The notes under the pieces are model-generated. The model made no database searches. It was given only the letters and a program-made list of their open reading frames with translations, and was not told the DNA's origin. The position numbers and the translations under genes are program-made. A stretch of DNA of 59,929 nt, counting the filler, from Sphacelaria rigidula (Eukaryota), in the NCBI GenBank assembly GCA_964200075.2. It is 4 parts of 4 records of this genome, joined end to end, with 100 filler letters (N's around TTAATTAATTAA, not from the genome) between each part and the next. Parts side by side here need not be neighbours in the genome. Positions count along the whole stretch, not along the records: positions 30,019 to 44,924 come from CAXNAA020001994.1; positions 45,025 to 59,929 come from CAXNAA020001995.1; 2 more parts are not named here. One strand, 5' to 3'. Of this stretch, positions 37,001 through 51,025 are shown in pieces. The first letter of the stretch is position 1; each line of letters starts with the position of its first letter.

Positions 37001-40000
37001 CTGCACAGGCCACTGCCGCTTCCGGCGGCCGATGCTATAGCGGACACGCTTGCCTGGTGTGATCGCCGAGCCGAGATGGAGCAGCAGAGAGTGGTAGAGC
37101 GTGACGGCGTTGGGGACGGACGATGGGGGGCGGCGGTAGGGGGTGGCGATGGCAGCATCACGTCTAGAAGAAAGCGGAGACGGAAGCTGGTCGTGGGGGC
37201 TCTGCAGAGGGTGGCCACGGTTTGGGCCGAGCCGCCGTTCATCAACAGCTCGCCTCCTCGACAGCAGGAATTCTATACTCGGTTTTTACTCGCTGCCTTG
37301 CGCAGGTTTGTTTTGCTTCTCAGGTGTACTTTTTTGTTCTTACCCCTGGCCGCACCGTTGCGCTCATCTCTCTCGTTCACCTCTTTCTACGCGGACTGAC
37401 GTGTTTCCTTTGTCTCTCATCTCATGGTCGCCTTGCCTCTTTTGCTCCTTCTGTTCCAGTGGCACGGTTGACGGCTTGTCGCTAGCAGCCGCGGGCGCCG
37501 CCGAATCAGGTGATGCCGTGACAATCCTCGTCCGGGGGGTGGGCACCCATCTGGATGTCTCTACAAGGGCTACCCGCCTGCAAGGAATGCGGGTCGGAGA
37601 GGCCGTGGCGGCACTGTCGGGGCACGAGCTCCGATTCGAGGAGTTAGACTTTGAGCGGTGCGAAAAAACTGCATCGGAAACGGCTGCAGTAAACGGTGGT
37701 GGTGAAGAGAGAGGTGGTCTTGGGATTGCTCAAGGGATGAACAAGAAAGGCCTGGGTCCGGATGATACAGCTGGGAGCGGAGATAGGGATGCTAAAAGCG
37801 TGTCGGCAGAGGAGCGTGGGATCAGCGGGGGAAGAAAAGGGCGACGGCGGAACTCCAAGAAGAGCGTAGCTCGTATTGACAAGGGCGAGAGGAAGAACAC
37901 GAATCATTTTCGAGAGGAAGAAAATACCACTATTGGAGGAGGTGGTGCGTGGAAGGGAAGAGTCGATATGGCTAGTGACACGGGAAGGGGAGGAAAAGCT
38001 GGTGGCTTGGAACATGACATATTCGATGATCTGGATCCTGATATGGTTTTGGGTGTTGGAGGGAGTGGTGGTGGCTTTGGCGTCCAGGGCGATTCAGATG
38101 ATGACGATGATAATGATGATGGCCGTTTCGTGGAAGAACATGTTCCTCCGCGGGTGAGTTGTGAGTGATATCATGTTTGAGTTGTGCGGGGTGGGAAAGA
38201 GCAAGTAGATCAGACTGGGGAACGTTTGTTGTTTCACAACAGGGTGCCTTGCACGAGATTTTGCGGGAATGTACATTTTGTCTCGAACCTGTATTTTACG
38301 TGCGCAACTAGCGCGAAGAGATCGCCGGACGGGTTGTGTTCGGCCCACGCTCGGACAGCGTCGAGTCGAGAGGGGCGAGCCGTCGGCCTGCACGCTCATG
38401 GTCGGTCTCGGGCGGCGAGTAATTGTTTATCACCCACGAGTACTACGATGCTACGTACCATGTCCTGGATCAAGTTCGCCCCTATTCACCGGAATGGTTG
38501 TGAGGACTTTAACGAATCTAATAATGTCAAGGGCTTTCCAACTGCCCCCCTCCTTTAGGAAGGCGCAACGAATACATGCTAGCGGGAAATTGACTCCCGA
38601 TGAAACACATTCCACGCATTGCCCCCCCCTCCCCCGGTAGGATGATGAGTAAGTACGAGAGTAGAGAAATCAACCAAGGTCTGAATCACAGTCTCACGGA
38701 CGAGGGGGTCGATGCGACCATGGTTGAATTATTTTCGCGGGAAGATATCATGTGTACGGGCACAATATTGTAAAAACGCAGTTCCTGGTCAAGAGTGGCA
38801 ATGAGTGAAGACAAGCTCGCCTTCTGACCGCTGAAGACGTTGGGGTGCGGCGCCGTTGGTACGTACAAACCAAAGCTACAAAGCGAGCTATCGATGAGCG
38901 CCCAACATGGGCGCAAAGACTTCATGTACCTTGACTGCCGACTATTTGAATACTTGGGATTAGCCGTTCAACCGCCCGCGCTAAATCTTTCCGAGGTCTT
39001 GTCCGTTGACAGTCCTGCGAGTGTTTTGGAGGATGGTCTTTATTTGTGGGCGTGAATGGACGCCAGAGAGACAGAGGCGATTGGCAGGAGCTGGTCAAAA
39101 CCGATTTTTTTTTCTGTCAAACGATGTGGACAGTGAGCTTTTTGTCATCGTTGAACGAGGCAAGTATGCGTTTTGTTTTTCTTCATGCATCATTCGGTTG
39201 CGCTACTACGACCTGTGACATCTTGGTACAGGCACGGCGCTGCACATACTGCTGCCTGGATTGCTTGCCATAGTCGTATGTACGCGTCATATTCGTGTAT
39301 CTGGTGGTTACTTGCGCATGAAGAAGTGCGGCACACACGGCACATGCGCGTTGCATTTATTTCTGGGCCCGACCGCCTTGTTACTACTAGGGATGCGAAT
39401 CGCCCACCAAAACAAATAGGAAATTGTCCCAAATAGATGTCCCGGCTCTTCGTGACGGACACATCACACTAGCCAGTTAGAAAAGAAGTATCCGACCGGT
39501 CGGTTCCAAGAAGCCTTCTGCGCACATCACACACACTGCCCGCAGGTGGATTGCTCACGGCCGTACTGGTATGGGTCGGAATGGGCGGCCTGACGACCAA
39601 AAATACGGACTCCAGAAATAACAATAAAAAGCGCAGAGGAATAATGAACATGCCATCAGGTGGTCGTACCTCTACCGAGCAGAACACGAACAGAACACAC
39701 GCTTCATCTCTCTTTAACTTGGTTTTGTATGTGACAGCTGTAGTACTTTTCGTCGCGAGTTCCTCGACAAAGGAAGCAAGCCGGCCCGCGGCACTTCACA
39801 GCCCCCTTCATACACAACAACAGCGAAGTAAAGCCGTTACCCCCTTTGCTCAATTTGCCACAGCGGACCCGAACAGCCCCGAAAGCTGAAGAGCACTTTT
39901 TTTTTTTTGTATATTTGGGTTTGTTGCGGCTTCGTATCACGCGCGAAGACAATCGCGTGACGACGCGACATAGATTGGGTGTGTGGGAAGCGCACGCAAG

Positions 40001-42191
40001 AATCCGCAGTCCAACCCTTCGTTTCGTTGCCGAGAGAACCGCGTTGAAAGATTGGCACAAGAACATCGTGCAACAAAAGGGGCGCAACAACAACACGAGC
40101 AGCAGCTTCTATCCTCCTGTTATTGTGACTCTGTGTGCAGATGTACAGCAGCGCTAGTCAAAGGTTTGTTGTAGAGTGTACTATAATAATACTACATTCC
40201 GTATGAGCGTAGGCGTTATTTCGATGTGACGCGTGTGTTTGTAAAGATTTTTGGTTGCGCAGAGATGATGCACGGACCGCAGGCCGTAATGTGGCGGTAA
40301 AGATAGACTCTGCATAACTGAGGAACAGAAGGACACAAGGCAGTCACTACGATGTTGTCTGTTCCAGTACACGCCACGCTCTCTACCGTTGGTCCCCAGA
40401 GCGGCTGGGTATACAACCAGCAACGCTTCTCTGTTCGTAATTTGTCGGAGTGCACTATACCCTGGCACACTTTTAGTCACAGAAACAACGTTACTCCGAG
40501 TCAGGCCTCTCCTCCCATTTTGCCTCGCCCCCGTCCTGTTGCGTGGTTTCTCTTCATTTGCTCTTTGTTGAGGACGGTGGCTTGCTTGTTCAGGAGAGTC
40601 CATCGAAAGGCCGGCTAAATCACACGTGTTCTCATCGGCCACGAACGCGATTCGAGCGCCGTTTTTTTGCGTTGTGTGTTTCAAATCACAATGCATCATG
40701 TCTCGACGAACTCGCTTCCCGAGAATGTCCCACGCTCGGCACACCAGATGAAAGATGTATATTTTTTTTCTGCAGAGTTCAGGGAACGCTTCAAGACGAC
40801 TGAAAAAAGGCAGTTTGTCCAGACCTGCGTGTCAAGGGCGTGGAAGTGTATATGTGGCGTCTGAACAGGGAGAGCGGTGCGTGAACACACGATTTGCCCA
40901 TTCCCAGGATTCGGTTTTTAGTCAAGTATATTCTCATAAAAAAAAAGAAAACGAGGATACGTTGTTTATGGTTGGAAAAATGTCGTCGAACAGTCCGGAC
41001 ACTTTTCGGGGGCTAACACCCCCCCCCCCCTCTCCCCGCCCCCCGCCCCCGTTTCGCATCCCTAACTATGTAGGCGCTGTCTCCTCCACGGAAACAAACT
41101 GCCGTAAAAGTGCAACTCATCGCACAGGTCGGAATTATCGCACTCCTGTGCCATCAACACCCAAGTTAGGAAGTGATTTGATTTAGTTTCGCACAGGGGA
41201 GTGATCGCACAGTTGTGCGATCACTCCGACCAAGATCCCGCTTTCGGGGGTGAGGGTGCGTGCTGTCGTGTGTGACCCCAGGATACATATGTATTCAGTA
41301 TCGCACCCTATCGGAGCTATCGCGTAGGGGCGAGGTTAAAAAAATCAATATCGTCGGCGGTGTGAATTATTCAGTATCGCACGTGTCGGAGTTATCGCAC
41401 ATGAGTGACGTCAAAGCACCAATATCGCCGGTGGTGCGACTTGTTCACAATCGCATAGATCGGAGTTTTCGCACAGGAGTGCGTTAAAAAAAATTATTCC
41501 GATATGATTTTGAAATGCGATCGCACACGATGTGATGAGTCGCGCTTTCACGGTATTGCAAACCTCTCCCAAAGCCCGTTCAAGCGTCAAACCAAGGACC
41601 TGAGCAGTCGAGGGGTCCACACTGGACGTACCACGGAGCGGGGTATCGTCCATTTATGGATCAAATTTATTTGTCTTAGTGTCTTTTGAATACAAATGAT
41701 CTGTCCGGCGCAGGTCAAAGGTACACTGCTACGAGTGTGTGAATAATAAGAATGTGCGATGAAAAGACATGTGACCAGTCTGTTTTCTGTTCTTGCGTGA
41801 GGTTACGAATCGTTGCGGATGGCGGGGAGTCAGTGTGCGACAATCAATTAATCAATCCATCCGTACGTCAAGTCTTGGCGCGTGCACAAACCCTCCCTGC
41901 CGATGCACCTTTCTGCTGTTTCGAAACTTCCCCATAAGGTGAAGGGAGTCGGCGTTGGCAACACGGGGGATGCGAAGAGTGGCGACGACGGCGGCTGCCA
42001 CGCCTCGAGTCCCCAGGAAGAAGATTCTTGGGACGACGACGATGAAGACGACGGCGACGATGATGATGTCGACGATGTCGACGATGACGATGATGACTAT
42101 GACGATGAGTTCGAAGCGTACGACATGCGGGACGACCAGGCAGACCTGGCCAAGGTGGCGGTGCCTGTTTATCTGGACCAGCTCATAGAAA
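34095..42191 (+). CDS. TELO2: telomere length regulation protein TEL2 homolog (TTT complex); exons 34095-34282, 34487-37305, 37460-38153, 41939-42191; 5' exons unresolved, 3' part missing from this scaffold
   Basis: phase-consistent GT-AG introns; recognised by eye from ILVRGVGTHLDVSTRATRLQGMRVGEAVAAL and an acidic linker ending DDEFEAYDMRDDQADLAKVAVPVYLDQLIE, which precedes the conserved Tel2 domain. Confidence 0.82.
41102..41555. mobile_element. MITE-like element rich in TCGCAC/GTGCGA, inside a TELO2 intron
   Basis: imperfect TIR CCGT(A/G)AAAG(T/C)GC(A/G)ACTCATC; perfect internal hairpin GGAGTGATCGCACA-GT-TGTGCGATCACTCC at 41198-41227. Confidence 0.65.
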
Positions 42192-44924
42192 GTGAGCTGC
42201 CGCGAGTCTAGCTAGCTGCTGTACCTTGACCAAGCACGTGCGCGTATTTTTGTCCACACCGTACGATGTTCCTCAAGTGCAACTGTACTGCTGATGGTTT
42301 TTTTTTCTTCCCCTGACTTCTTGACTCTCCGCGAGAGTGGCCCTCTGTGTTGCCCTTTTTTTTCTTTTTTCGATGGTGCTGCTGTACGCCCGTGGTGAAA
42401 TCGAACACAATGCTGTTTAATATGGGACTTATGATGATCTGGAAACCAATCCTTCCCGTCCTCCATGACTAAATACACATGGGTTGTAATCGCGGTAAAT
42501 AATGACGACTCAAAACGAATTTAAGCCCTAAGACATCTTCCACAACACAAGCCACTTTTTGTCCTGAGGGACCATCCGAAGGATGACAAATGGTACACGG
42601 TCGCATCCTGGATGATGACACTAAGTTACATTGTCAAAAAATGTACTGCATACAGTATCGAACTATTACGGCTATTTCGATAGATAATAGGTTCCGAACT
42701 GTACACAGCACATTTTTTTTATAACATAATCCATTGTCGTTATCCAGGATGTGCACAAGTCAGCTCACCACTCACCTTTACACTTCATGGGGATACCTTG
42801 AGCTGTGGTGGTGTCTAACACGCACAGCCAGGATGCTAATGGGAAGCGCGCGTCATTAAGGGGGGGCGTGCTAACTTGTTATACTGGTTGTTGGACTTGG
42901 TATCGTGAAGTTTTAGTGTGGAAAAAAAATGAACATCAAAATTTTTGCGTCAAAGTTTGCATATGCTCAGAGTGGTCTATTTCCCTCACCTTCAGCGTCC
43001 GTGGCGCATAGATCATGGAGATCACTCCATTCTGTCTTACTTATTCACATGTCGAGTCTCTCCTGTGATCATCACCACTCCTTGTGCATGCCAACAGTTG
43101 GCATCATGGAAGTAGTATGCAGGATGTCGAAACCCTGGGGTGTTATCTTCCGTATTCTTGCCAGGTCTGAAGCCCACACGATAAGATATGACGGTTGTGT
43201 GTCGTTCTGTTCTTGGAGCACTCACTCCAATAATTCAAATGCGGAGTATATGAGAAATGACAGTTGTGCGGATTTTGATTTCTTGTGCTTACACAAAAAA
43301 GTAACACATCCATACGATGCAATACTGTAAGCAACCCAATCAACTCATCAACGGGCCGGCGCTATGTACGTATTACGTGGTTGCCGGGCCAATGCCCGCT
43401 GGAGAAGCATGGAGTGACTTCGAAGTTCCGACTGGGAGCGTGCGAAAAAAGTAACGACCTACTTTTTGATGTGTGTCGGCACCTGAAAACCTACAGGATA
43501 CAGTCTGCGAGTCAGTACACTACATAATATTACACCACACAACGGTACACTCGACAGCACTCGACAGTACACTACAGCACAATACAATACCGGGCGGACA
43601 GTGCAGTGCAGACAATACAGGTACCGCAATCCAAGTTGGGCCGCAGCCCACGGAGACGCTGACTACTTTCGACCGTAGGTTGCGTGTAAGCCACCCGAGA
43701 CCAGACGGGAGAAAGACGGCTGCCTGTCGTTTTCGCTATCTTAGCTCGTAGTGATGTGTGCGTGTTGCCATTCGCCTTGTAGGCGAGACGGTTATAAACG
43801 TGTGCTCTGTGCACGAGGAACACATTGACCACGAGAAAAAAGCAGGTGCACAAGCGCGCGCTCCTACCTGTAGAGCAGACAGCCGGCTATAATGGTACTG
43901 TATGATATTAGTTACTATCGTTCCACATCACTTGCAAAGCGCGTGACACGCCTATGAAACACCGCCAACCTCGCCCATCTTTGGTGTAACGCTGCTGGCA
44001 TCTCCAAAGAACAGATTGCCACAGCGCCCCATCTGCGATCATCACGACAAGACTTGGAGCGACGTGAAATGTCTGTGTCCTGTGGGGAAAGGCCGTGGTT
44101 ATCCAGACTGCGGGTGCGATATGTCAAGGGTTACTCTTGTGTCATTTTTGGGGCGATTACAACACACGTGATGTCAAGTTTCAGAGTTTCAGCTATCTGC
44201 AACTCTACCCCCGCACCCTCTTTTTGCGTCCGCTTCCCCCTGACTACTTCTCTGTTCCACGCGCTACATACGAAAGGGAAATGAAATCATGTAAAATAAA
44301 ACAAATGCGAACTGGCACCTAATTTGCGCAGGATGTAGGGGGGTAGGTACGAGAATACTGAAGATGACGAAATTCAAGCCGATAAGAAAACGTGGACGGG
44401 CTGCAGTATTGCTAGTCCAATGCCCCGAAATGAATCGCAAGGCACGTAGCGGGATGAGGGTGCGTGTGCCTCGAGAGGATACTGTCTTGTTTGATACTAA
44501 GAGATTAGTAGATTCGTTCAGAGGAAGGACTCGAGGAGGGCGAAGGGGGAAGTGGGTGAGTCTAGAAATATGAAGAACGAAGAGGGGGGAAACAGGGTCC
44601 AAGTCATCCCGCATGAATTGAATCTGCCGTCGACAGCGATCGCTCAGACGTCTAGAAAGATCTATTCGGCGCCCAAGCTCGCATACCCGGTGTGATACTC
44701 CCGTTGATGTGTTCGTCTTTGTCTCATGTCTTGATTACTTGTCTCCACACTAATCCTCCTACTGTACTAAAGATGTTGAGCTTATACTTCCTGTATGGAA
44801 GGTGCTCGTTAACTCTAGTTCTCCATGGCTACGATCTGGAGATTGACCCCTCCCCCCCCCCCCCCCCCCCCGTGCCCCCGCCGGAAAGGGACGCGGGGGT
44901 CATGGGGCAACGAAAAAGGGAAGA

Positions 44925-45024
44925 NNNNNNNNNNNNNNNNNNNNNNNNNNNNNNNNNNNNNNNNNNNNTTAATTAATTAANNNNNNNNNNNNNNNNNNNN
45001 NNNNNNNNNNNNNNNNNNNNNNNN
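44925..45024. other. artificial scaffold linker
   Basis: same N44-TTAATTAATTAA-N44 structure. Confidence 0.97.
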
Positions 45025-46733
45025 CACTGTCCATGAGCGTGCACGCAACTCGATTGCCCACCGTACCACGCAGTTCAGTCGCTGATCCCCACCATGAGAG
45101 GAGATGCTCGAGTTTTCGCCAACGAAAAGTAAAGAAAGCACACCCGACTACTGTAGTGTATCTATCCTTGTGCTCAACTCGTGCTCTATGCTGGAGGGTT
45201 GCGGTCGTAGCTGAGAATGAGTTGGATGGAGTTTGCATGGTCCTGTAAACAGGTGTTATTTGGCGTGGTGGTCTGTAAGATAGGAGTCAAGTGCCGCTTC
45301 GTGCCTGTCGGCCGCATGTTTGCGATCGAGGACGATTATTTTTCGTCTCAAATGTTTTTAATCCGCGCGCCGCTAATTATAGTTTTGAGTGAAAGCCTTC
45401 AAGGAACATGAATGCGGTGGACGTATCAGATCGGCAAAAAAGTTCGACCTTACTTTCGCGATCGAAATAAGAAGTGCTGAGACACGCCCTTACGAGGTCA
45501 ACCCCCTGAGAAGCTGTCGAGTTTACGCATGCCGAATGCAACACTTCGTGTGTTTTTTCAGTGCATCATCTCGTGAAGTATGTATCTCAAATCCTTCGGG
45601 GTCGAAAGTTTTAACCCTTCGAACGTCCCGGGATTATGTTCCAAGCTATTGCCCGCTGCCAGTCCCGCAAGGTTTCGGAGGATGTTTTTTGTAGGCGTTG
45701 ATGAACGCGTGGACATGAACGCTTGGCAACAGACGGTGAAATATAAATATATCCATTATTTTGAAGCCAATAGGCGTGCAGCAGCGTTTTTCCGTGTAAA
45801 ACCCCCTGACCGCGACGTTGGGCCTTCATCTGGTGCTCGCATCTGATTTTGCAAGTGAAATTGATGCCGATTCAATAGATTATCCATGCTGGCGGTCAAA
45901 CCGGTGCACCGTTTACATCTCACGTGTATAATCGAGCCTCAAGTTCCCGGACTCTGAATCATTGGGCTCATGGAAACCGCCGCCGCACCTTTGCTACCCA
46001 CGGCACGGGTTGGTGAGGTGCGATAAGCTCACCGCTTCGGCTCCATGCGCGATTGCAGTTCGGCGTGAAGTTGTGCTCGTCGTGCTTCGGGTCTGTTTCA
46101 ACGAAAAAAGAGGGAGAGAAGGCGCCGTGAGTGTGAAAATGCTCCTTGCGTTTTTTTTTTTTTTCTCTCCTCTTGTCCTTTCAATTGGTTCACGGTACAG
46201 ACGAGTCATCGTCAGGCCGGTTCGAATCACCAAATCCACGATTTTTCAGGCCTGATTGCTCAACAAGGAGAAGCGAAGTTTACCGGTGGTCACAAAGGTC
46301 TCCACACAATTTCTGCGCCATGCCACGTGCCTGGCCTGCGCGTATCTGGGTTGCAACGCCGAAAGCAAAGCCCAAGGATTGATTCGTACGGTACGAATCA
46401 ATCACACCAAAATCAAGTAATCTCCAGACGAATCGTTAATTTGTCCGACCCGTGAATTGGTTACCCATCAGCTGTCAACCAATCCAGACAAGAAAGGAAA
46501 AACAATACCCAACCGCCAGAATGACTCTCACTCTCACAGAGCATTCTCACTTTTCCTGTCGCCTTAAAACGGATCCTTAGTTGACTGTAGGGGATGGGAG
46601 GTATATCGAGCAAACCTGGTGCACAAGATGTAAGCACTACCCGACCACACCGGGCACGCGACCCGCCTAGCCTGCGGCGCGTACTCCTCTATCTGGTAAT
46701 ACGCCACGCTGTTCCGCTGGTCCAGCAACAATG

Positions 46734-47192
46734 CAAGGGTGTGTTGAGTAGGGTATCTCGTACATTTGGGTATCTTGAAAAATCATACTCTGACGAGCAC
46801 CCAAAACTTGGCTAGAGTATCGAAACCGTGCTCAACCGTAGAGAGTTTCGGAAAACGCTTTTTGTTGTTCTAGAGGTCAAATATCTCGAGATCAGAGTGT
46901 AACGAAAACGTATTTCCCCCTCCGTCAAATATGGTATCCCCTTAAATTTGAATCGATGAAGTGTTTTCTTTATTCTTCACTCTGATCCTGAGATATTTGC
47001 ACTCTGAAATGACAGAAAATCGTTTTCCGAAACTCTCTCATAACCAGATATTGGGGAATAGTTTTACGATCGTACCTGACTCTACCCAATATTTCTTCAG
47101 TAATTAGGGTAGATTTTGGATATCGGACCATTTGCAACACAAACGTCGGGACAGTAAATACCCGGGTATTTACTCTACCCGTCACACCCTTG
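46734..47192. mobile_element. hAT-like MITE (459 bp)
   Basis: TIR CAAGGGTGTG...CACACCCTTG; flanks CAACAATG/CAACATTA (8 bp, 2 mismatches); subterminal TACCC/GGGTA motifs also at 48160-48300, 49050-49160, 49800-49920, 57590-58080. Confidence 0.65.
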
Positions 47193-50100
47193 CAACATTA
47201 TGTTGATGATTGTATACATGTGCCATGGGCGCGACCACGTCGAAGGGTTCAAGCTCTTCGCACCTGACGGCCAGTCGCTTTAGCTAAATAGCTGGGTGTT
47301 GGTCACGAGGATAATGGACATGATCAAAATCAATGACCCGCCTCAAGAGCAGTCGCGTACAGTGCGTACGACTCATACACCATACCGGTCGTAGTGTAGC
47401 GGCATCCCACACCAGAGTGGTGCCACCGTAAGGAAGCGCTAGAGATCGCTCAGGTTTGAATTTGTTATTAGCCCTCTATCTCATCGACAATATGTGACAG
47501 CACGCCTCGATTAACATTCCAATAGGCTACCTCAAGAATATCTCGAATGGGTTCTTGAACGGGAATGTCGTAACCCATATTCTTGTGTAGTTCTTAACCT
47601 CAGGGGGCTCCCCAATGAAGAAGACCCACCATGAGATTAGGATCCTATTCTCAACTTTCTTTCCGAATCAGTATCTGCTCTCTTGTTGTCCCCTATCCTC
47701 TTCCCGTGTCTCTTACTTGTACTTTACCTTGCTTGATTGCTCTGCCCCTTGCCTGTTTGGACTTTGTCCATTTGTTTCGGGGCGCCGTGTTCCTTCTCCT
47801 TCCCCTTCCGTGCATTCACCTGTTCCTGCCTCTCTATTACTCTCTACAGCACAGCACCGTACTGTACAGTACACTCATCTATTTTCCTGTTCGCCAGTGG
47901 TCCCGTAACTGACTGGCGTGACTCCTAGCACGATGTCACGGCACCAGCCATGACGTGTCTCGAGCAAAATCGAAAAAACAGCAGTCACTGGCCATGACAA
48001 GTGTATCAATCTGCCGACGCATCTGCCAGTCGAATGTGTTTTACCAGGTCGTTGCTAGCAACTTCTGCCCCCGGCCGCGCTGCTGCCTGCCATGGCCGGA
48101 CGGGGCACGCAGGAGTGGTAGACTCCAAGGTTGTGTTCTGTAGTGTGTGACTTTTATTTCAGAACTCACAGAACCTGTCGGGTACAGCATGGGGATTGTA
48201 TTGGAACCCCCACCCGTAACCGGGTATTTACACAAAAGTATACCCGTACCCCGGGTGAGGGGAAACACCTCGAGTATACTAAACATTGTATCTGACAGAA
48301 CACGGCCGTCGGAGATTCTGCCAGTATCGTGTTACTGGGTCGACTCGTGAGTGCAGTTGCCTTTTCTCCACCCCCCCGCTTGTTTTTTTTCGGTTATGGC
48401 GCAAGTTGAGGTCAACGATTGGACTCCGGCGGAAGAAAGCACGCTGTATGTTACCCCTTCCCCCCCTGGCCCCTCGACGGTCAATGGTCAAACGACCAAG
48501 ACAAGCAACCTATTCGAAGCTGCCATCCATATCCATGATCATTGGTACGCTTCGGGTCGAACAATCTGAGCAAGATCAAGTCACCCCTCGCGCGGCTCGC
48601 TGAACACATTACGGCGCTTCGCGCTTGTTCATTGCGAGCCTGCTACGGCGAAAACCCGGCGTGCTCCGTCCCGCCTGTGTAGGGATGCGAGGTCAATGGT
48701 CTTTTGACTTCGGCACGTAAGACTGTGAGTACCCCTGTCCCCCCCCCCATGCCGGCCATGCTGGTGTTTGCGGCGTGGGCTACGAGGAACGATATCTTAG
48801 CCTTGTGAAGAAAATGTTCCGCCTCGGTGGCGCCAGTCAACTGCGCCAGCGGTTCTCGTCGGCCCAAATGCAATGACAGCTGCAAGTATGGCGGGGCTAT
48901 CAACTCCCCACCCCACCCCACTGTCTTCTTCGTTGGGGGCTGTCAGTTTTACGTCTGGCTCCCTCGGGGGTCAGTTAAAGTGTCACAATCAATCAATCAA
49001 AGACGACGCACGCACGAACGAAGTCTGGGGTTATATATCAAGATTGTGCTAAACAGGGCATACCCGATACCCGGGTATTGTGAAAACTCGTACTTTAAGT
49101 AGTCAAAAATATTACGTCAAGTACTGAGATCGTACCGAAAGTTCTCTAAGTTTGTACCCAATTTTTGGGTACAGTACGAGCTAGACCAGCTGACGGTGAT
49201 TTTTCAACGAAGAGTGGAGATGCGATTGGCAATTCGAAGAGTTGAGCGCTGAAATTTTGACACGACATTTTTATCTTCGACCCGCGCGACCCTAGTGGGG
49301 GTGCAGAGCAAAGCAAAATAAAACAAAACGCGAAGTTAGAGCAAGTTGAAGTTTCAGCAAAAACAGAAAAAAAATGCTATAGCTTCCTTGAAAACTGATG
49401 AGAACGACGACAACGCTCCAACACACACAGGCACTCGCGTCAACGACATCCTGGCAAAGTTTCGGCCAAAAATACCTCAAATTTGGCTTTGCTTCGCTCT
49501 TTTCGTGTGACACGGCTGCGCACGTCTAATTCGAGCAATGCAGGAGACTCCAATTCTGGGGGTCATGAGTTCGAATCCCGACAGATTCTCTTTTTTTTTT
49601 CGTCCGTCGTTATGGTCATTTATTATGCAGTACATTTTTTTTATATATTTTTTTCTTGATTCAGCGGCGGTGCTGTGTGTTACCAGGTTGGTCTGTACTT
49701 CACAGCGATATTCTCAAGTCGCGCTGATTTGGAGAACTTGAGAAGTTGTGATGTGGAAAGCGAATGCGGGATTTACTGCTGGCCCAGCTCGTATTGAGAT
49801 CATACCCGACTGTACCCAGAATTTGGGCAGAGTATTTGATGTCGAATCCAATCTACTCAGTTCTTGGGTGGGGTAAATACCCTGGTACTCTACGCGGGTA
49901 CTTGAAAAAGTACATACCCTAACCGACCTGCCCTTGGTACGTTTGATGTGACGGTCGCTATATCGTGTTTTTTCTCGTGTTTCTGTATGTGTCATTTTGT
50001 CGTTTCGTGGCAGTTTGCTTTTCACAACTTTTGCTTCGAGTGATGACTAGTTATTTTTTCTCTCGCTCAAGGCAGCTACAAGTAAGTAAATGGATGAGAA

Positions 50101-51025
50101 GCAGCAAGAAAAAAAAAGAGAAAGGGAAAGGGCTGGGTTTAAAATATGCATTCATGACTAAATTTTGCTCTGATTTGATTTGATTGATTTCATTTATTTG
50201 ACGTTTGATTCGACTTACTAGACTGGTTGACTGAGTCAATTTCATTTGACTTGTTGATTTATTCAATTTCATTTGATTGATTTGCCGCACGATCACTGAT
50301 CCGCGAGGAACCCAGCGGTGGTCAACCAATAAACCTCCTGTGCAGAGCACGTACTTGGAAGTTCCTGAGATTCCGTGCCTCAGGGAGCCGTGCTGTAAGT
50401 GTGTTTACCATGTGGTCAATGAAGAAATTTCCACACCGTTGACAGTAGATTACGTTGCCAAAAAACATACAACGTACAGTATGTGATCTATTATCTATCG
50501 TTTATTGCATTATACAATATATCCCATACTGTACGCAGTACATTTTTTGACATTGTAATCTGTTGTCCAGGGAGTGGAAATTTCTCCGAAACCTATTATT
50601 TTAAACTAACTTTAACTAACCCCAACCCAAGGCATACCAAGAACCCTTGGGTAAGGGGGAGGTCAAGCGTTCTCTAGGCAAAGTGTGGCATTGGCAGACC
50701 TCTAATCAGCGCCGCGGCGTCAATTTCGACGGAAACACCTAATGCGCAGGTTAGGAGTAGTTGGTGCTGTCAGTCCCAGTAAAGATCCGAATATCGGGGT
50801 TTAGACTCTAATCAAGTTATAATTTTTTGGGAAAATTCTAATCGACCAAGTGGTGAATGTGAAAGATCGGAGCATAGCGGGATCTGCGGTTTGTGGAATG
50901 GGTACGAATGTGAAGAATCTAGGCTACCGTGGTGACAATTTCTGGCGTGCTGACGCATTGACCGTAAAACGTTGTTGACAAAAAGTTCTCGGGAATTACA
51001 TGATTTTGAAGTGTTGTGGCGCTAT

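Noticed and set aside
34606..37245. Several minus-strand ORFs of 100-250 aa
   Set aside because: Antisense shadows of the TELO2 exon.
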